In this document: positions 26,780-40,550 of the stretch, piece by piece
Layout: each line of letters opens with the position of its first letter
How positions within the stretch are numbered: the stretch's first letter is position 1
From: the human T2T-CHM13v2.0 reference genome, Homo sapiens
Assembly (NCBI RefSeq): GCF_009914755.1
Contig: NC_060944.1
Length of the DNA stretch: 64,000 nucleotides
Strand: one strand, 5' to 3'
Translations under genes and position numbers: made by a program
Notes under the pieces: model-generated
What the model saw: only the letters and a program-made list of their open reading frames with translations
What the model was told of the DNA's origin: nothing
The model's database searches: none

Positions 26780-27690
26780 TACTCAGTTATTCATTACAAA
26801 ATATTTATTTGTCACTTATTGTGTGTTGGTCACAGCTCTAGGTGTTGGGGATACTGCTGTGAACAAGATAGACAAAAATCCCTGCCCTTATGTGACTAAC
26901 ATTCCAATATAGAAGAATAGACAATCAGCAAAGAAGTAAAACTGGCAAATATTAGGTAGTAATAAATACTATAAAAATACATGCTGGGAGGATGGGATCC
27001 AGAAGGACTGGAGAGCTACACTGAGATTGGTGGTCAGGAAAGTCCTCTCTGAAATAACACTGACTTGAAGATCAAGAATGAGTTGGTCATTTGGAGTTAT
27101 GGGGAAAGACTGTTTCAGGCAGAGGGAACAGCTAATGCAAATGTCCTAAGGCAGAAGAAAGTAGGAAAATTCAAAGTGCAGAGGAAAGGCTAGTGTGCTA
27201 GATTATAGTGACCAAAGAGAACATGATAGGAAATGAGTCCAGAGGATAAGGTTGGAAGGTAGGAACAGACTACATCCTTCAGAGCCATTCCTTAGAAAGA
27301 GTTATAAGAAATTCTGATTTCATTATAAGTCTCAAAGGAAGCTATTGGTGAGCTTATGTAGGGGAATGAAATAAACTTACATGTGTTTTAAAAGATCACT
27401 CCAACTGCTATATGAAGAATCAATTGTAGAAGAACAGAAATGGAAGCAGAGATGCCAATCAGGAGATCATGGTGAAAATAATGTTAGCTTGGAGTGAAGG
27501 GTGGAACAGAGTAAATAGATGTGTATGGATCCGGGAAATGTTTTGATGGCACATTCAGGAGGGCATATGAACAGATTGGATGTTGGCCGTGAAAAATCAA
27601 GGATGAGTCCTAGGTTTGTGGCTCTGGGGTCTGGCAGAAGGTTTAGCTGTTGACTGAGTTGGGAAAGACCAAGGGAGAATCAAGGATCTT
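26780..27690 (-). mobile_element. L2
   Basis: Antisense L2 phrases (GTGAACAAGATAGACAAAAATCCCTGCCCT, CAGGCAGAGGGAACAGC, AAAAGATCACTCC). Confidence 0.8.
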
Positions 27691-28949
27691 GTGTATCACA
27701 GACAGAAGGAAACACATGAGGGGAAAGGTATAGTGAGGGAAAAGAAGGAAGAGGAACAAGTCACAAGGTATGGAATAAAATGCAGAACATGCAAAATTAG
27801 AACAAAATGGAAGAGAGAAAAGCAGAATAAACAGAGTTTTAATACTATGGGTGGAAAGTTTCATGCAAAATATTATGAGATGCATCGGAGTTTGAAAGGC
27901 CTATTCAAAGCAGCTCGGTTTGGTGATCAGCATTTTCGGAGAATGGCAAATACAAATTTATCCTGCCAGTTCCTCTAAGAGGAAGTGTCTGGGGATATTT
28001 AGGATCTGGAATCTTGGAAGGGGTGAGGGTTCATTTATTTTAGAATTATAAGTCTTTTTCAAATTTAATCATCAAAGCCATAAGTAACAGGGATGAACTT
28101 CTTTTTAAATAGGAATATTTTCTTAGTGGTGTACTTTGAAAATCTCAATAGATGGGCAGAAAAATGCAACATCTCAGCTTTTTCCATTGGCCCCACTTCC
28201 ACTGGGGGACAAGAGACAGAAGCTAGCATTCTCTTTCCATCATGTTCAATAGTAAAAAATCATGAAGCAAATGTAGCATTTCTTCTTCAAAGATTTAAAA
28301 TTAAGAAAAATATTTTGGGGTTGGAAACTTGGGAGCGATGTGCTGTGTTGATCTGTCTGTCCAAGACCAAAAATTCCAAAGAGCTTGGACGAAAACACAA
28401 CAGAAACCCTCCTGTAGCTTTGTTCTTGGTTAACAATTCTTCCTTCAAGACGGACGTATTCTTCCCAATGAGGCCTCCTTCTATGTTAATTTTTTAAGCA
28501 CATGAATGTTACTCCAGTGGTTAAGGTAGGGGGATCAACATAGGAGTGGCCAAGGTGTTGAGATTTTTTAAATGGTCATGCTATGTTTCTGAAAGCAGCT
28601 GCCAAGGAGCCAAAGGAAGAACTGGAGATTCCTTTAGAAACATTTAGAATCATTTAGGGGACATCTAGTTGGAGTTGGATCCTCTAATCAGGAATCTCTC
28701 TTTCTTTTATTCCTCCAGTGGCAAAAGGATAAGACCTTGGTGCAGTTGAAGGGAGATAATCATGGATCCTAGCTGAGAGTTACTTCTAGTCACCTATGAA
28801 CTTGTCTGGCTGGGCATTACTGTAATGAAATCAGCCAGTATCTAGCATCAGAAAATTTTGTCCAATTTCAATACACTTGGGATGACTAGCGGGAAAAGTC
28901 TCGTTTGTTGATATCCACTATGCTCCAAGTCCTGCACTGTACATGTTAA

Positions 28950-29282
<333 letters not shown>

Positions 29283-29740
29283 TGATTGCATTTATTCCTC
29301 ACCTCAATGCCTGAGTATTCGTATTTCTATTTTAATTCTACATGAATGCAGCTCTGCCTAGAGGGATCTGAGGTATGACTACATCAGGCAGAAAGAGTTG
29401 GGTGATGTCTCTTCCTTTATGTTACCAAATGTATTGACAAATTTTTATGGAATTCAAGAAACCTGTGCAGAAGGAAAATAACTTGAATGGAATGGATCTG
29501 GCAGGGGGAAGGGTTACAACAGAAGCCAAGCTTCGGGAAAGGGCTCTGGAGACCCCAGAATATTAATTCCAAAAGAAGGAAATGGTGTGATGAGGCAGAT
29601 TCTGCAATAGGGTCTGCATTGTTGTTGGTTCTGGGTTTAGCACTGAGGCTGGCACAAGACACCCTGACGGCATATATAAGCCCATGGGAGAAAAAGGGCA
29701 ATATTAGCAAGCTAGAAGAGGGGACTCACACATTCAAATT

Positions 29741-29965
29741 GACACTGTCCAGTATTACAATGGACACTGTCCATTTTCCTCATTCTGTGATGAGGAAAAT
29801 GTTCTTTATCTGTGCTGTCCAATAGAGTATTCATGGGACACATAGGGCTATTGAGCATTTGAAATGAGGCTAATAGGATGGAGGAACTGAATTTTAATTT
29901 TGTTTAAATTTAAATAAATTTAAATTTAAACTGAAATAGCCCCATAGGTCTAGTGCCTATCACAG
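29741..29965. mobile_element. MER3
   Basis: ATCTGTGCTGTCCAATA, CTATTGAGCATTTGAAATG, AAATTTAAA core. Confidence 0.7.
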
Positions 29966-30379
29966 CTAAAAGCTTCAGTACCCACAGTGCTGTGGGATCC
30001 TCACAGTCAAGCACAGCTCAGTAAAGCAGACTTCAGAGATATGGAAGGCAAGGGAGGTAATGTGAAACACAGTGTGGAGGGAGAGACGTCAGACTACAGC
30101 CCAGATCAGTTCAGAGCTTCACAAGAATTACCTTATGGACTGGACTACTTGTGTAAGCAGAGGGAGGTTTGGAGCTGGCAAAATATGTGCATTGGTGACC
30201 TCATTTGTACCCACATGGTAGTGAGCTTTGGGTTACTTTCATAAGAGATAACTAGGCTCATCACTTGGCAGAGGGCTTAAAATCTACTCTAGTCCTTAGC
30301 ATACTGTATGTGTTCAATAAAAATTTGTTTTGGATGAATAAGTGGATAAATGGGAGATAAAAGTGCTCATCTAGATCAT

Positions 30380-30806
30380 TGTATCCATTAGCTATTGCTG
30401 CAGTAATGCTGAATAAAAAACACCCCAAAACTCGGTGACTTCAAGGAAGAATAATTGATGCTTGCTCTTAGGTCAGGAGAGTAGCTGGCATGGTCCATGT
30501 TGTGTAAGATCATTTCGAGGTTCAGGCTAAAGGAACAGCAGCTACACAAGAGAAGCTCTGTTGATGCAGATGACAAAAGCTCAAGAGGCAAACAGAAACT
30601 TATGTGATATGGTGGGTCCTCAGAAACATGTCATCACTTCTGTCCACATTCCATTGGCCAAAGCAGATCTCTTCACTGAGCCCAAAGTGAAGGGTTGGGG
30701 AAGTACACGATGCCCACAGTGCAAGGGGCAGAACTATGAAGTCACATGGTAAAAAGCAGTGTCCAGGGAGGGGAGAGGAATTGGGACCCAAATTCACTCT
30801 GCCACA
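30380..30806 (-). mobile_element. MLT1-family LTR
   Basis: GCTATTGCTGCAGTAATGCTG...CACATTCCATTGGCCAAAGCA. Confidence 0.7.
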
Positions 30807-31299
30807 GTCATAGCTGGAGTATGGAGCCAGGGTCACACCTGGAGTTCACATTCGATTTTGTCGAGTTCCAGAGTTTATGTTCCTTCCTCTGTCCCAAACA
30901 CTTCATGTATTATCAAAGACAGTTTTACCATTCATGTGATTCCTAGTCTCCAGACTGAAGTTATGTTTCCAACCTTTAAAAAATCTGATATTCTTCTTTT
31001 AAACATTTTGTTATTTATCTCATTGAATGATTGTCATTTTTGTGGTACTGGACTGCAATCAATCCACATGATTTGGCTCTACCACAGGGCTGGAGGTGTA
31101 GTGGTGTGGAGGTTCAAAGAATCTGTTAGTCTGCACATATTTTTGCCTTAATCATGGACCATCTCAGTTACTAAGGGCCTGGGATTCTGCTGCCAATGGC
31201 TGAAGCACAAAAGGGTGGAACTTTCACAAACCCTGTGCCCTGGGTTAGGTTTTTAACTTTGACTGAGGTTCCTTGCTGCTATGAGAACCTACCATTGCT

Positions 31300-31915
31300 T
31301 TATTTATTTATTTGATTGGTTCACTGAAAAAATTATTTACAATACAATTCTCTTTTTGGTATGCAATTCTATGAATTTTGATAAGTGTATGCAGTCATAC
31401 AACTACGAAAACAATCAAGATATAGCACATAGCCATCACCCATAAAATCCCCTGTGCTGTCCATTTGGAGTCAACTCTTTCCCCAACCTCAGCCTTTTCT
31501 AGAATGTCATATAAATGCATCCTACAATATCGCCTTTTGAATCTGGCTTCTTCCAGTTAGCATAATGCATTTGAAAGTCATCCATGCTGGATTCATCCAT
31601 GTTGTTGGATGACAACAACAACCACTACATATGTCAGTAGTTCATTCCTTTCTATTTCTGAGTTGTATTCCATTATATGGATATACCACACTTTGTTTAT
31701 CCATTCTGAGGCTGAGAGGCATTTGTTTGTTTACTGTTTTTGATAGTTATAAAAGGGCCACTATAAATGTTGGCATATAGGTTTTTGTGTGAATGTCAGT
31801 TTTCATCTCTCTTAGATCAATAGTTAGAATAAATACCTAGGAAGATTTCTGGGTTGTATGGTAATATATGTTTACCTTTTTAAGAAACAGCCAAATTGTT
31901 TTCAAGGTATACGTG
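31300..31915 (-). mobile_element. L1M (L1MC/MD-like) 3' end
   Basis: ATTCTATGAATTTTGATAAGTG, AGAATGTCATATAAATG, TTCCATTATATGGATATACCACA. Confidence 0.8.
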
Positions 31916-32350
31916 TGTAAATGTGGCTTTTTATTTCTCTATTTTCCTCTCTGCAATTTACTTTCCTATATGGATTTGTGATCCAGACACCGTTTTTTTT
32001 TTTCTTTCCCTGGTAGTTTAAAGGAGGCTATTGTCTGGATTAAATCTACTTTGGAAGAAAGTACATCATATTATAGTTTTCTGTATGATACAATAGATGT
32101 GAGTACAGGAGTTCAAGTGCAGGGAATTGCAATATCAATTTGCCTTTAGTGCACTGAGCATCCAGGGACATTTTTTGGCCATCAGTTACCTCAATACCAA
32201 CATAAACGAATTGATCTAGGCAATAAGTATAGTTTCTATAGAGGCGGTTTCTTAGCCTTAGCTTCTTGCTGATATACTAAGCCATCACCCTACTGTGATT
32301 TCTGATATTCATTAAGCTGAATTCCTGATGTTGGCCTTTACCAATGTAAA

Positions 32351-32781
32351 TGTGTGCTGGCCTAGCTCTCAACTGCCCACACCTGCCTCTTTTAGTTTGA
32401 GACTCTTCTTCTGCCATCATAGGCCACTCTGCTCATGTACATGGTAGATAGGAGTGCCATGGGATTATGCCCCCCGGAGACAGCTCTCAACCACTGACTG
32501 ACAGAAAAAATAAATTGGATTGGTGTATAAGCACCCCAGCTCCTTCACTCTCTGGTTCCAATAACTCAGAGGTGTGTGGCTCTATATTGGCTCCCAGGGC
32601 TCTCCAGTGAGGTTAAGCTCCAGTTGCCCACAGTAGTAACTTGTTTGGTAAACAAGCTTTACTGGCTGCCTTTCCTTTTGTTTGACTTCACTTTCTTGCT
32701 GTTGTTTCTTTACTTCCCAGATCACCTACTTAAACTTGTCCTTGATTCTTGTCTACTTTTTGGGGAACTTAAACTTAGACT
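32351..32781 (+). mobile_element. LTR16C-like LTR
   Basis: GACAGCTCTCAACCACTGACTGA, AAGCTCCAGTTGCCCACAGTAGTAACTTG; similar to 56039-56430. Confidence 0.7.
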
Positions 32782-33549
32782 GCCCTTTTCTTAATTTCTC
32801 TCCTCAGCCCCCTTTTTGGTTGCCTGAAGAGAGGCCTGCTGATACCCAAGTGTACTACCTTCCATTAACTGAGTCTAGTCACATCGATATCTAGTTTTCT
32901 AAATCTTGACATAGTCTAGGTGCCCCTGCCCTCCTGCTGCCCATGGACATGATGTAGCATTGTTATGGTGCAAAGAGGAAAGAGTGTGGCTGCAGGTGTG
33001 AATTTGAAAAAGTAACATAAATTTCTCCAAACTTCAGTCATTGACATTTGTAAAATGAAGTTAGTGGGTCCTGTAATGAGGATGGTTTAGAACTTTAAAT
33101 TACCTACAAGTGTTCACTGGATAGCATCGGCCATCATCATAAGTTGGTTCTCTTGTTTTTCCACTGTCTGATAACTTTGAGGCCAAGTCTTATTTCTTTC
33201 ATTGCTGACCAGTTTTCAAGAGCATGCATCAAGGAATAATTCTGTTTTTATCTATGGTTTGTGTTTTTTCATTGTCCTAGGAATGTGATGTGATGTATTT
33301 GTCCCATAGTTCCTGTCTTGGTAGATTATTTCAATAAAAGAAGTAATTCCTGTCAGTGGTACTGATTAGGAATTAAACAAAAATTACAGAGAATTTCTCA
33401 TGTGTTTATTGAGGTTTAGTGAAAGAAGAAAGCGGTGACATGAAAACAAATGTTCTGTTTCTGCTTTGAACTTCAAGCATAATAAAAGACAGAAGACTCA
33501 GAGTAAAACAGAATCTTAGCATTGGAAACAACATGAAGAGTCCTCTGGC

Positions 33550-33815
33550 AACAGTAACAGTAATAGTTGATGTTTACTGAGTACTCAGAACAGAACATGC
33601 CAGACAGTGCTCCAGGCATGTTCCAGGTGATTCCTCAACAGCAAACTTTTGAGGCAGATCCTGTTATCATGCCCATTTTAAAGATAAGAAAATGAGTCCA
33701 AAGAAGTTGGTGAACTTACCCAAGATTACATCTCAAGTAAATGGTGAGGTAGGAGTCAGACACAGAAAGTCAGACACCAGAGCCCACATTCAACCTCTGT
33801 GTCATGCGGCCTCCC
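33550..33815 (-). mobile_element. MIR
   Basis: CCCATTTTAAAGATAAGAAAATGAG...AACTTACCCAAGATTACA. Confidence 0.7.
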
Positions 33816-34269
33816 CAGACTGAGCAGCCCTGTCATGGAGAATTGATGGTTTTCAAGACATTTTCTTCCATGTTGAATAGTCCTAGTTCTTTATCTTGAA
33901 TGTAAATCAGCTTCTAAGTTTCTTAAACTCTTTGATCTTAGATCCAACTTTTAGAGAAGATTATTTTTACCTTTGGCTTGACAGCCTTCTGAGGCTTACT
34001 CCATCACCTCTGGGTTTTCTCTCCTTCAGAATAAACAGGCCCTAAGTCCCTGCTGCAAATCACTTGTGTGATATATGTATTCACAATCACAAGAAAGCTG
34101 CTGTTCATTCCTACTGTTCATTGTTAGAGTTAGCTCTTCAGCCAGACACTAATTTGCATTAGCTTTCTATCATACCTAGTTATTCAAAAGGACTGAATGG
34201 AAACAGAAATTCAATATTTTACAGGAAGAAATGATGAGCTCTAGAAACAATGAGTTTTGGGTAAATATA

Positions 34270-34830
34270 CAATGTCTTCCCCCTTTATTCTCTTTAAAAG
34301 ATCATTGACTATTTCAAGGAAAATAAGCAATGTGTTCTGGGATTTACTCATTATGCATATGATAACAATTACATAAAAATAGAAAGGAGGTAAAAGGAAG
34401 AATACTTTTGTAAGATTAATACATTAGATGTGGTACAGTATTAATTCATGATGGATTGTGACAAGTTAAGAATGCATTTTATAATCTTTGGAGTAACTAT
34501 TAAGAGAAATAACTAGAGATATCGTTAAAAAACTGTAGAGTAGATTAAAAAATATTAAAAGATACTTCATCAATCCCGGTGAAGTCAGGAAAGCAGAAAC
34601 AAAGGAACAAAGGAAATTGAAACAAATAGAAAACAAATAGGAAGCATGTGGAGCTAAACTGAATTATAGAAATAATTACACTAAGCATTAATGGATTAAA
34701 CACTCAGATTAAAAGGCAGAGATTGTCAGACTGAGTGAAAGAGGAAAGTCTACCTGTGTTTTGTTTATAAAAAATACATTTTCAATGTAAAGACACAAGT
34801 TAAAAGTAATATGAAGAGAAAAAAAGATGC
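34270..34830 (+). mobile_element. Old L1M fragment (around ORF2 start)
   Basis: AATGGATTAAACACTC..ATTAAAAGGCAGAGATTGTCAGACTG resembles the L1 endonuclease N-terminus. Confidence 0.7.
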
Positions 34831-37269
34831 ATGTGGAAGGGACTGAACTACATAAATTGAGAACCCCTGCATTACTTAATGTAGGAAGTATAGGGCACCT
34901 ATATAGATATCTTAACAGAAGGAGGCAACATACAAAGAAGATTCCTTGGAACAAGGATGTGCCAAGCACTGAAGGATGCTGAAAACATCTCTCTAGAGAT
35001 GCAGAAAGCTTAGCAAACAATCAAAATAATGTCTTCTCTTTACTGCTTTGTAGATAATTGCCAATTAGGATTCACTTTTAATGAAACAAAAGTAATTTTC
35101 TGCTACCTCCTCTAGGATAGCTCTTCAGCCTGACTCAGCATCTTAGCTATGAGCAGTAGCAATCACGTGAATTGGATACCAATTTCCTTTACCAGTTGGG
35201 GTTTGGTGATGAACTTAGCTGGCTGACACCTTTTATCCTGGTCCAGTATGTCCACTTTTCCTCCTGGCCCTAGGATAGTAGCTGTTGCCAAAGCAAACAA
35301 TGACAGAATATAAGAAAGAGGAATGAGCTGCTGACATGTTTATTGCTCCAATTTTGCCAGTAGACTGAAGGGTGTAAAAATGAAAGAGATGCTGTTGTGG
35401 CTTTGTTCATCATGCTTTTCTCTGAGGCTGTTATTTGGTAAAAAGTAAGGTTTCCAAGTGGAACGTTAATTTCTCCACATGCAGCACATATGCAACGTGT
35501 GCCCGGCTCTTCACAGACTGAGAAAACCACCAGGCTTCTGTGAAATAAAGTAAGCCTGGAATATTCCCTTTCTCCTTTTGATCTCCTGCTAAGACTCCTG
35601 CTTAACATCCTTCTGAAAGGCTTAGGTGAGGCAATTGCAGAGATGTAATTCCATTGACAAAATTCATGGTTTCAGTCCTGCATGTTAAATGAGTTTCAAA
35701 TAAACTGGAGATTGTCAATAACTATGATACAGAGCTAGACTGGGCTGGGGAGAAACTTTTTGTGGTGGGTGGTTATTTTTCTGGGAGTGACTTTAATTAA
35801 CCTCTCTTCTTTAAGCATCCTCATTCAAAAGGCCCCTTGGCACTCAAGAATGAAGGTAACAATTTTTATTGCTCAGCATTGTTAATTTGGTTGATATTGG
35901 GGCAATTCCAAAGAAACCATTAAAGCTATCAGAGAAAATGAAGGGGAACACATTCGAGTAAGATTTTGGAACATTTTTGGCTTTTGGAGTGGCCTGCAGT
36001 TTTGACAAAAAGGAAAAAAAAAGGAAAAAAGAAAAGGATGAATTTATTATCTACAAATAGTGGAAAATATTATAAATGGCAGTAAATGAAGTAAATGGGA
36101 GTTTCCACTGTAATGTATGATTCTTTGAGCCAGCCACCCAGAAAGAGCACAGCTTGGTTTGCTGTGTGGGGAGTATGAGCTGAAATGCAAGAGACTCTTC
36201 TTGGGCTCCAAGCAATATTTGGGAATAAGGCATTGCTTCTGCTGCTGTGGCTCTTCTGGTTTATTGCCCATCTGGGCTATGAGTGTCTTTCAGCCTGTCA
36301 AATTGAACCCGAATGGAGCTCTCAGCTCTGTGACTTCGATCTGACCTTAGGGTGTTGCTTTCTTGCCTGACTCAGGCTCCAGGGGAAAAGAAAATAAGAG
36401 AATAACCTCTCCTTTTGTGAGGAAATGGTTTTTCTTGCTTTTGGATGGCTCTCCTGCTCTGGCTGCCTTTCCAGGCATGCAGAACAAAAGCCATGGCTGT
36501 GTCTCCTTGTCAGTGGGATGCAATCACTAAGCATGTCTGCTAAGGCTCAGGCCATGCTGCTCTTCTCCAGACCCCACCCTCCTATCCTGGGAATTGAACC
36601 CGTGAGTTTACAGCTTTCCTACACAGGACCAGAAGGCCACATTCATCACTGCCACCAACACCACCGTTTCTCTCTCCTGCTATACGGGATCCACGAAGGG
36701 GTTCCCCCACTTTTACTGACTTCTTGATGCCACCTTCTTCAAATGAATGGTTACCCACTGGCCCGGAGTGGAAGCAAAGTCCACCTGGTGGGTTCTCTTC
36801 TGTCCTTCTGGCTAACAAAACAGGTCATCCACAGCGTCGTATCTTCTCTATCTTTCCTGAACGAACTTTAGCAATTTTTGAGAAATTGTCAAAATTTAGA
36901 GGTAATTGTAATATCTTAGTTCCTGATGTTTGCTATGAATTCCAGAAAAGGGGATAACTGTGTCTATATCTGTAAAAATTTTAAAAGAAACTTATCTCTA
37001 GGGTTTCATTTTTATTTTAAAATTCTCACCACCAACTATCTTGTACTGAGCTAAAAACAGTCCTGAAATTTGATCTGTGAATTCTTGCCCGTCTGTAGAA
37101 ATTGTGGGGTTCTGGTGCCAAATCTAATTCTACAAGAATTATTGAGAACTTAATTCCAAATTCTGAAAGAAACACAAGTCACAGGTTCAGATTTTAATGA
37201 GCATAAACTCTACCCGAAAATACAGAACAAACACATGTGGAACACTTGGTATGTATTTCTTCCTATTCG

Positions 37270-37780
37270 ATATGTTTGCATGCACATGTGCATGCATATA
37301 CATACCCATACATGTACACATGCACATACATACATATGCATACCTAGGCACATATGCACACATGCACACACATATATGCATATGTACATACCCATACATA
37401 TATATACACATACACGCCTTCCTACATACATACATATATACCCACTCACAGATACTCTTACATACATATACCTATGTATGTAAGCGAATATACCTGTGGC
37501 TATGTAGTATATGAATGTGTATATATGTGTGTGAGAGGGTATATGTGTATGAGAGTATATATGTGAGTGTGTCTGTTAGTGGGTGTTTGTACTCACAGAC
37601 ACACTCATATACATACTCATACACATACACCCCCTTCACACACATACATATGCATTCATATACATATACATACTCATATATACAAATTCTTATATACACA
37701 CATACACACACTCCATGAACATATACATACACACAAATATACAATCCTATAGACATATACTTAAAGATACATATACATCT
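37270..37780. repeat. Complex (CA)/(TA)/(CATA) low-complexity tract with an internal inverted (TG-rich) segment
   Basis: Direct reading; composition flips at about 37473-37590. Confidence 0.9.
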
Positions 37781-37969
37781 TAAAATTCTGATCAATTAAT
37801 TAAATAGCTAGAGCCCTTTAGACTCATATAAATTAATAGTGTGGATCCTTATTGTTTAAATTATTTTGATGTGGATGCTTCCCCTGTTTTGCCATTAAGA
37901 ATGGGACTAATTTTTGTTTGGAAATATATATTTTTACCATACTGAGGAACTTGGTGTCTGTTTTTATGA

Positions 37970-39640
37970 AAATTTTTTTTTGTTCTCAGAAATCTGAAAA
38001 ATCTCAAAAGTACAATGAATAATGATGCATGTTCATACACTCACCAATCAGAATTGAAGATTGTTAAAATTTTCACCAATTGAAATAAAAGAAGTAAAGG
38101 ATTACGGCGAATGATAAAGTCCTCCACTGGCAGTATTGTTCTTGCTCCAAACCCAGAGGTAAATGTGAAAGGAATATGTATCTTTTTCACTCCATTTTAA
38201 TATATTTACATACTTATGTATGTGTTGATGAATAATACACAATGTTTGTTTTTGTGTTTTGAAAATAGACATAAATGTTAAGGTTGGGTGCAGTGGCTCA
38301 CGCCTGTAATCCCGGGACTTTGGGAGGCCGAGGTGGGTGGTTCACCTGTCAGGAGTTCAAGAGCAGCCTGGCCAACATGGAGAAACCCTGTCTCTACTAA
38401 AATACAAAAAAATTAGCTGGGCATGGTGGCACACGCCTGTGGTCCCAGTTACTCAGGAAGCTGAGGCAAGAGAATCACCTGAACCTGGGAGGCGGAGTTT
38501 GCAGTGAGCCAAGATTGTGCCATTGCTCTCCAGCCTGGGAAACAGAGTGAGACTGTCTCAACAACAACAACAACAAAAATGTTTAAGGTGTGTGCTATTT
38601 GCTTTTTTGCTTTTTTTTCACTCAACATTTTGTGTGGAGTTCTAATTACATGACTGAATAGAGAGAGCTACATAATTTTAACAGTTGTATGAAATGAAAA
38701 TACAAATGTTTATTCATTCTCCTATTAATATAATTTATTTTTTTCTATTTTGAAAGAGTTTTGCCATGGAAATTGTTGTATATGTCGGTTTATAAACTGT
38801 ACAAGAATTTCTCTAGGATATTCTACGCTGGAGTAGAATTCCTTGGTCATATGGTATGTAGGTTATCCGTGTTCCTAGATACTACCAAATATTTATTCAA
38901 AGTGATTTGACCATTTTGAACTCCCACCAGGAGTTTACGAAAGTTCCGTTTCCATATATTTTTGCTATTTTTAAAAATAGTTTCAGATGTTTTAATGTTA
39001 TTTTATATAAGATGTGAGATGATATTGTACTGTTGTTCAATGTACAGGTCCTAAGGAGTGTTTTTGAACTGGAAATAAATGTTTCTATTCAATGCCTTTT
39101 CTGAATATTGAGTTTTTTATTCACATGCATTGTTAATTATACTGAATCCTCATTATTCAATCATCTTACGATTTCCAAAGGTTATTCCCCTGTAGTATTC
39201 ATTTACTGTACTGACAAATTTCATTTATTGATATTTAATTTATGAGCTTTTCATGTCAACATATATAAGTAAGGTTGTTCTATAATTTTTTCTTGGGCTA
39301 TTTTTTTTCTCAGGTTTTGGTGAAGTTTTATGTTGCCTTCATAAAAAGTTAAGAAATATCCTTTCTTTAGACTCTGGAACATGTTATATAGCAAAGGAAA
39401 AATCTCTTCCTTGAAGATTTGAAAAATTCACCCTTGAAACCAACTGGCTTTGGTGCTTTTTGGAATTTTAGGTAGGGTAGGATAAGAGGGGCTTAGGGAG
39501 AACAGGGAAATAGCTCTTTATAAATGTTCATAATCTCTTCTTTGGTTATTCATATTAGGTTCTCTTAAATAATTTCAAGTTTCCTATTTTTTCCCCTAGA
39601 AAGATAATTTACCCAGGTTTCAAATTTATTCACTTATAGT
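37970..39640 (-). mobile_element. Old L1M fragments (host of Alu at 38282)
   Basis: Antisense L1 phrases (TTTTTTCACTCAACAT, ACTCCCACCAG, TTGCCTTCATAAAA). Confidence 0.6.
38282..38579 (+). mobile_element. AluS with (CAA)n tail
   Basis: Full dimer; flanking AAATGTT duplication. Confidence 0.92.
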
Positions 39641-39659
39641 GAAAGTCAGATATATTGAT

Positions 39660-40550
39660 CATCCAGAATATATAAAGGACTTTTACAACTCAATAATAAA
39701 AGGACAACCCAATTAAAAATGGACAAAAATCTAAATAGACAGTTCTCCAAAGAAGGTATACAAATGGTCCATAAGCATATGGAAAGATGCTCAACATCAT
39801 TAGTCATTAGGAAAATGCAAATCAAAACCACAAGGAAATACCACTTCACATCTACTGGGATGGCTGTAATAAAACAGACAATACTGACTGTTAGCTAAGA
39901 TGTGGAGAAGTGGGAACCCTCATACATTGCTGGTGGGAATGTAAAATGGTACAGCTGCTTTGGAAAACAGTTTGGCAGCTCCTCAGAAAGTTAAAAAATT
40001 GAGTTATTGTGCAAGTAAGCAATTCCACTCCTAGGTGTATACCACAGAGAAATGAAAACACATGTTCACACAAAAACTTGTACATAAATGTTTATAGTGG
40101 GATTATTCATAACAGCTAAAAAATGAAACAACCCAAATATCCACTACCAAATGAATGGATATACCAAATATGGTATATCCGTATGATGGAAAATTATTCA
40201 GCCGTAAAAATGAATGAAATACTGATTCATGCTACTACATGAGTGAATCGTGAAAGTCTTATGCTATGTGAAAGAAGCCAGACAAAAAAGACCTCATATT
40301 ATATGACTTAAATGTCTAGAATAGGCAAATCCATAGAGACAAGGAGTAGATTAATGGTTGCCAGGAATTGAGGGAGGAGGAATTAGGAGTGACTGCTAAT
40401 ATATAAAGCTTCTTTTTGGCTTCATAAAAATATTCTGGGATTGGAAAATGGTGATGTTTGTATGACTCTACAAATATACTATACATAATTGAATTGTACG
40501 CTTTAAAATGGTAACTTTCATGTTGTATAAGTTATATCTTAATAGAAAAT
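39660..40550 (+). mobile_element. L1MB 3' end
   Basis: TCCAGAATATATAAAG, GAAAATGCAAATCAAAACCACA, AATAGGCAAATCCATAGAGAC. Confidence 0.88.

Noticed and set aside
33593-33623. GAACATGCC...GGCATGTTC as a p53 element
   Set aside because: Half-sites about 12 bp apart, one imperfect, inside a MIR; likely chance.
37187-37795. Cluster of His/Tyr/Cys-rich ORFs on both strands
   Set aside because: Artefact of stop-poor CA/TA/TG repeats.
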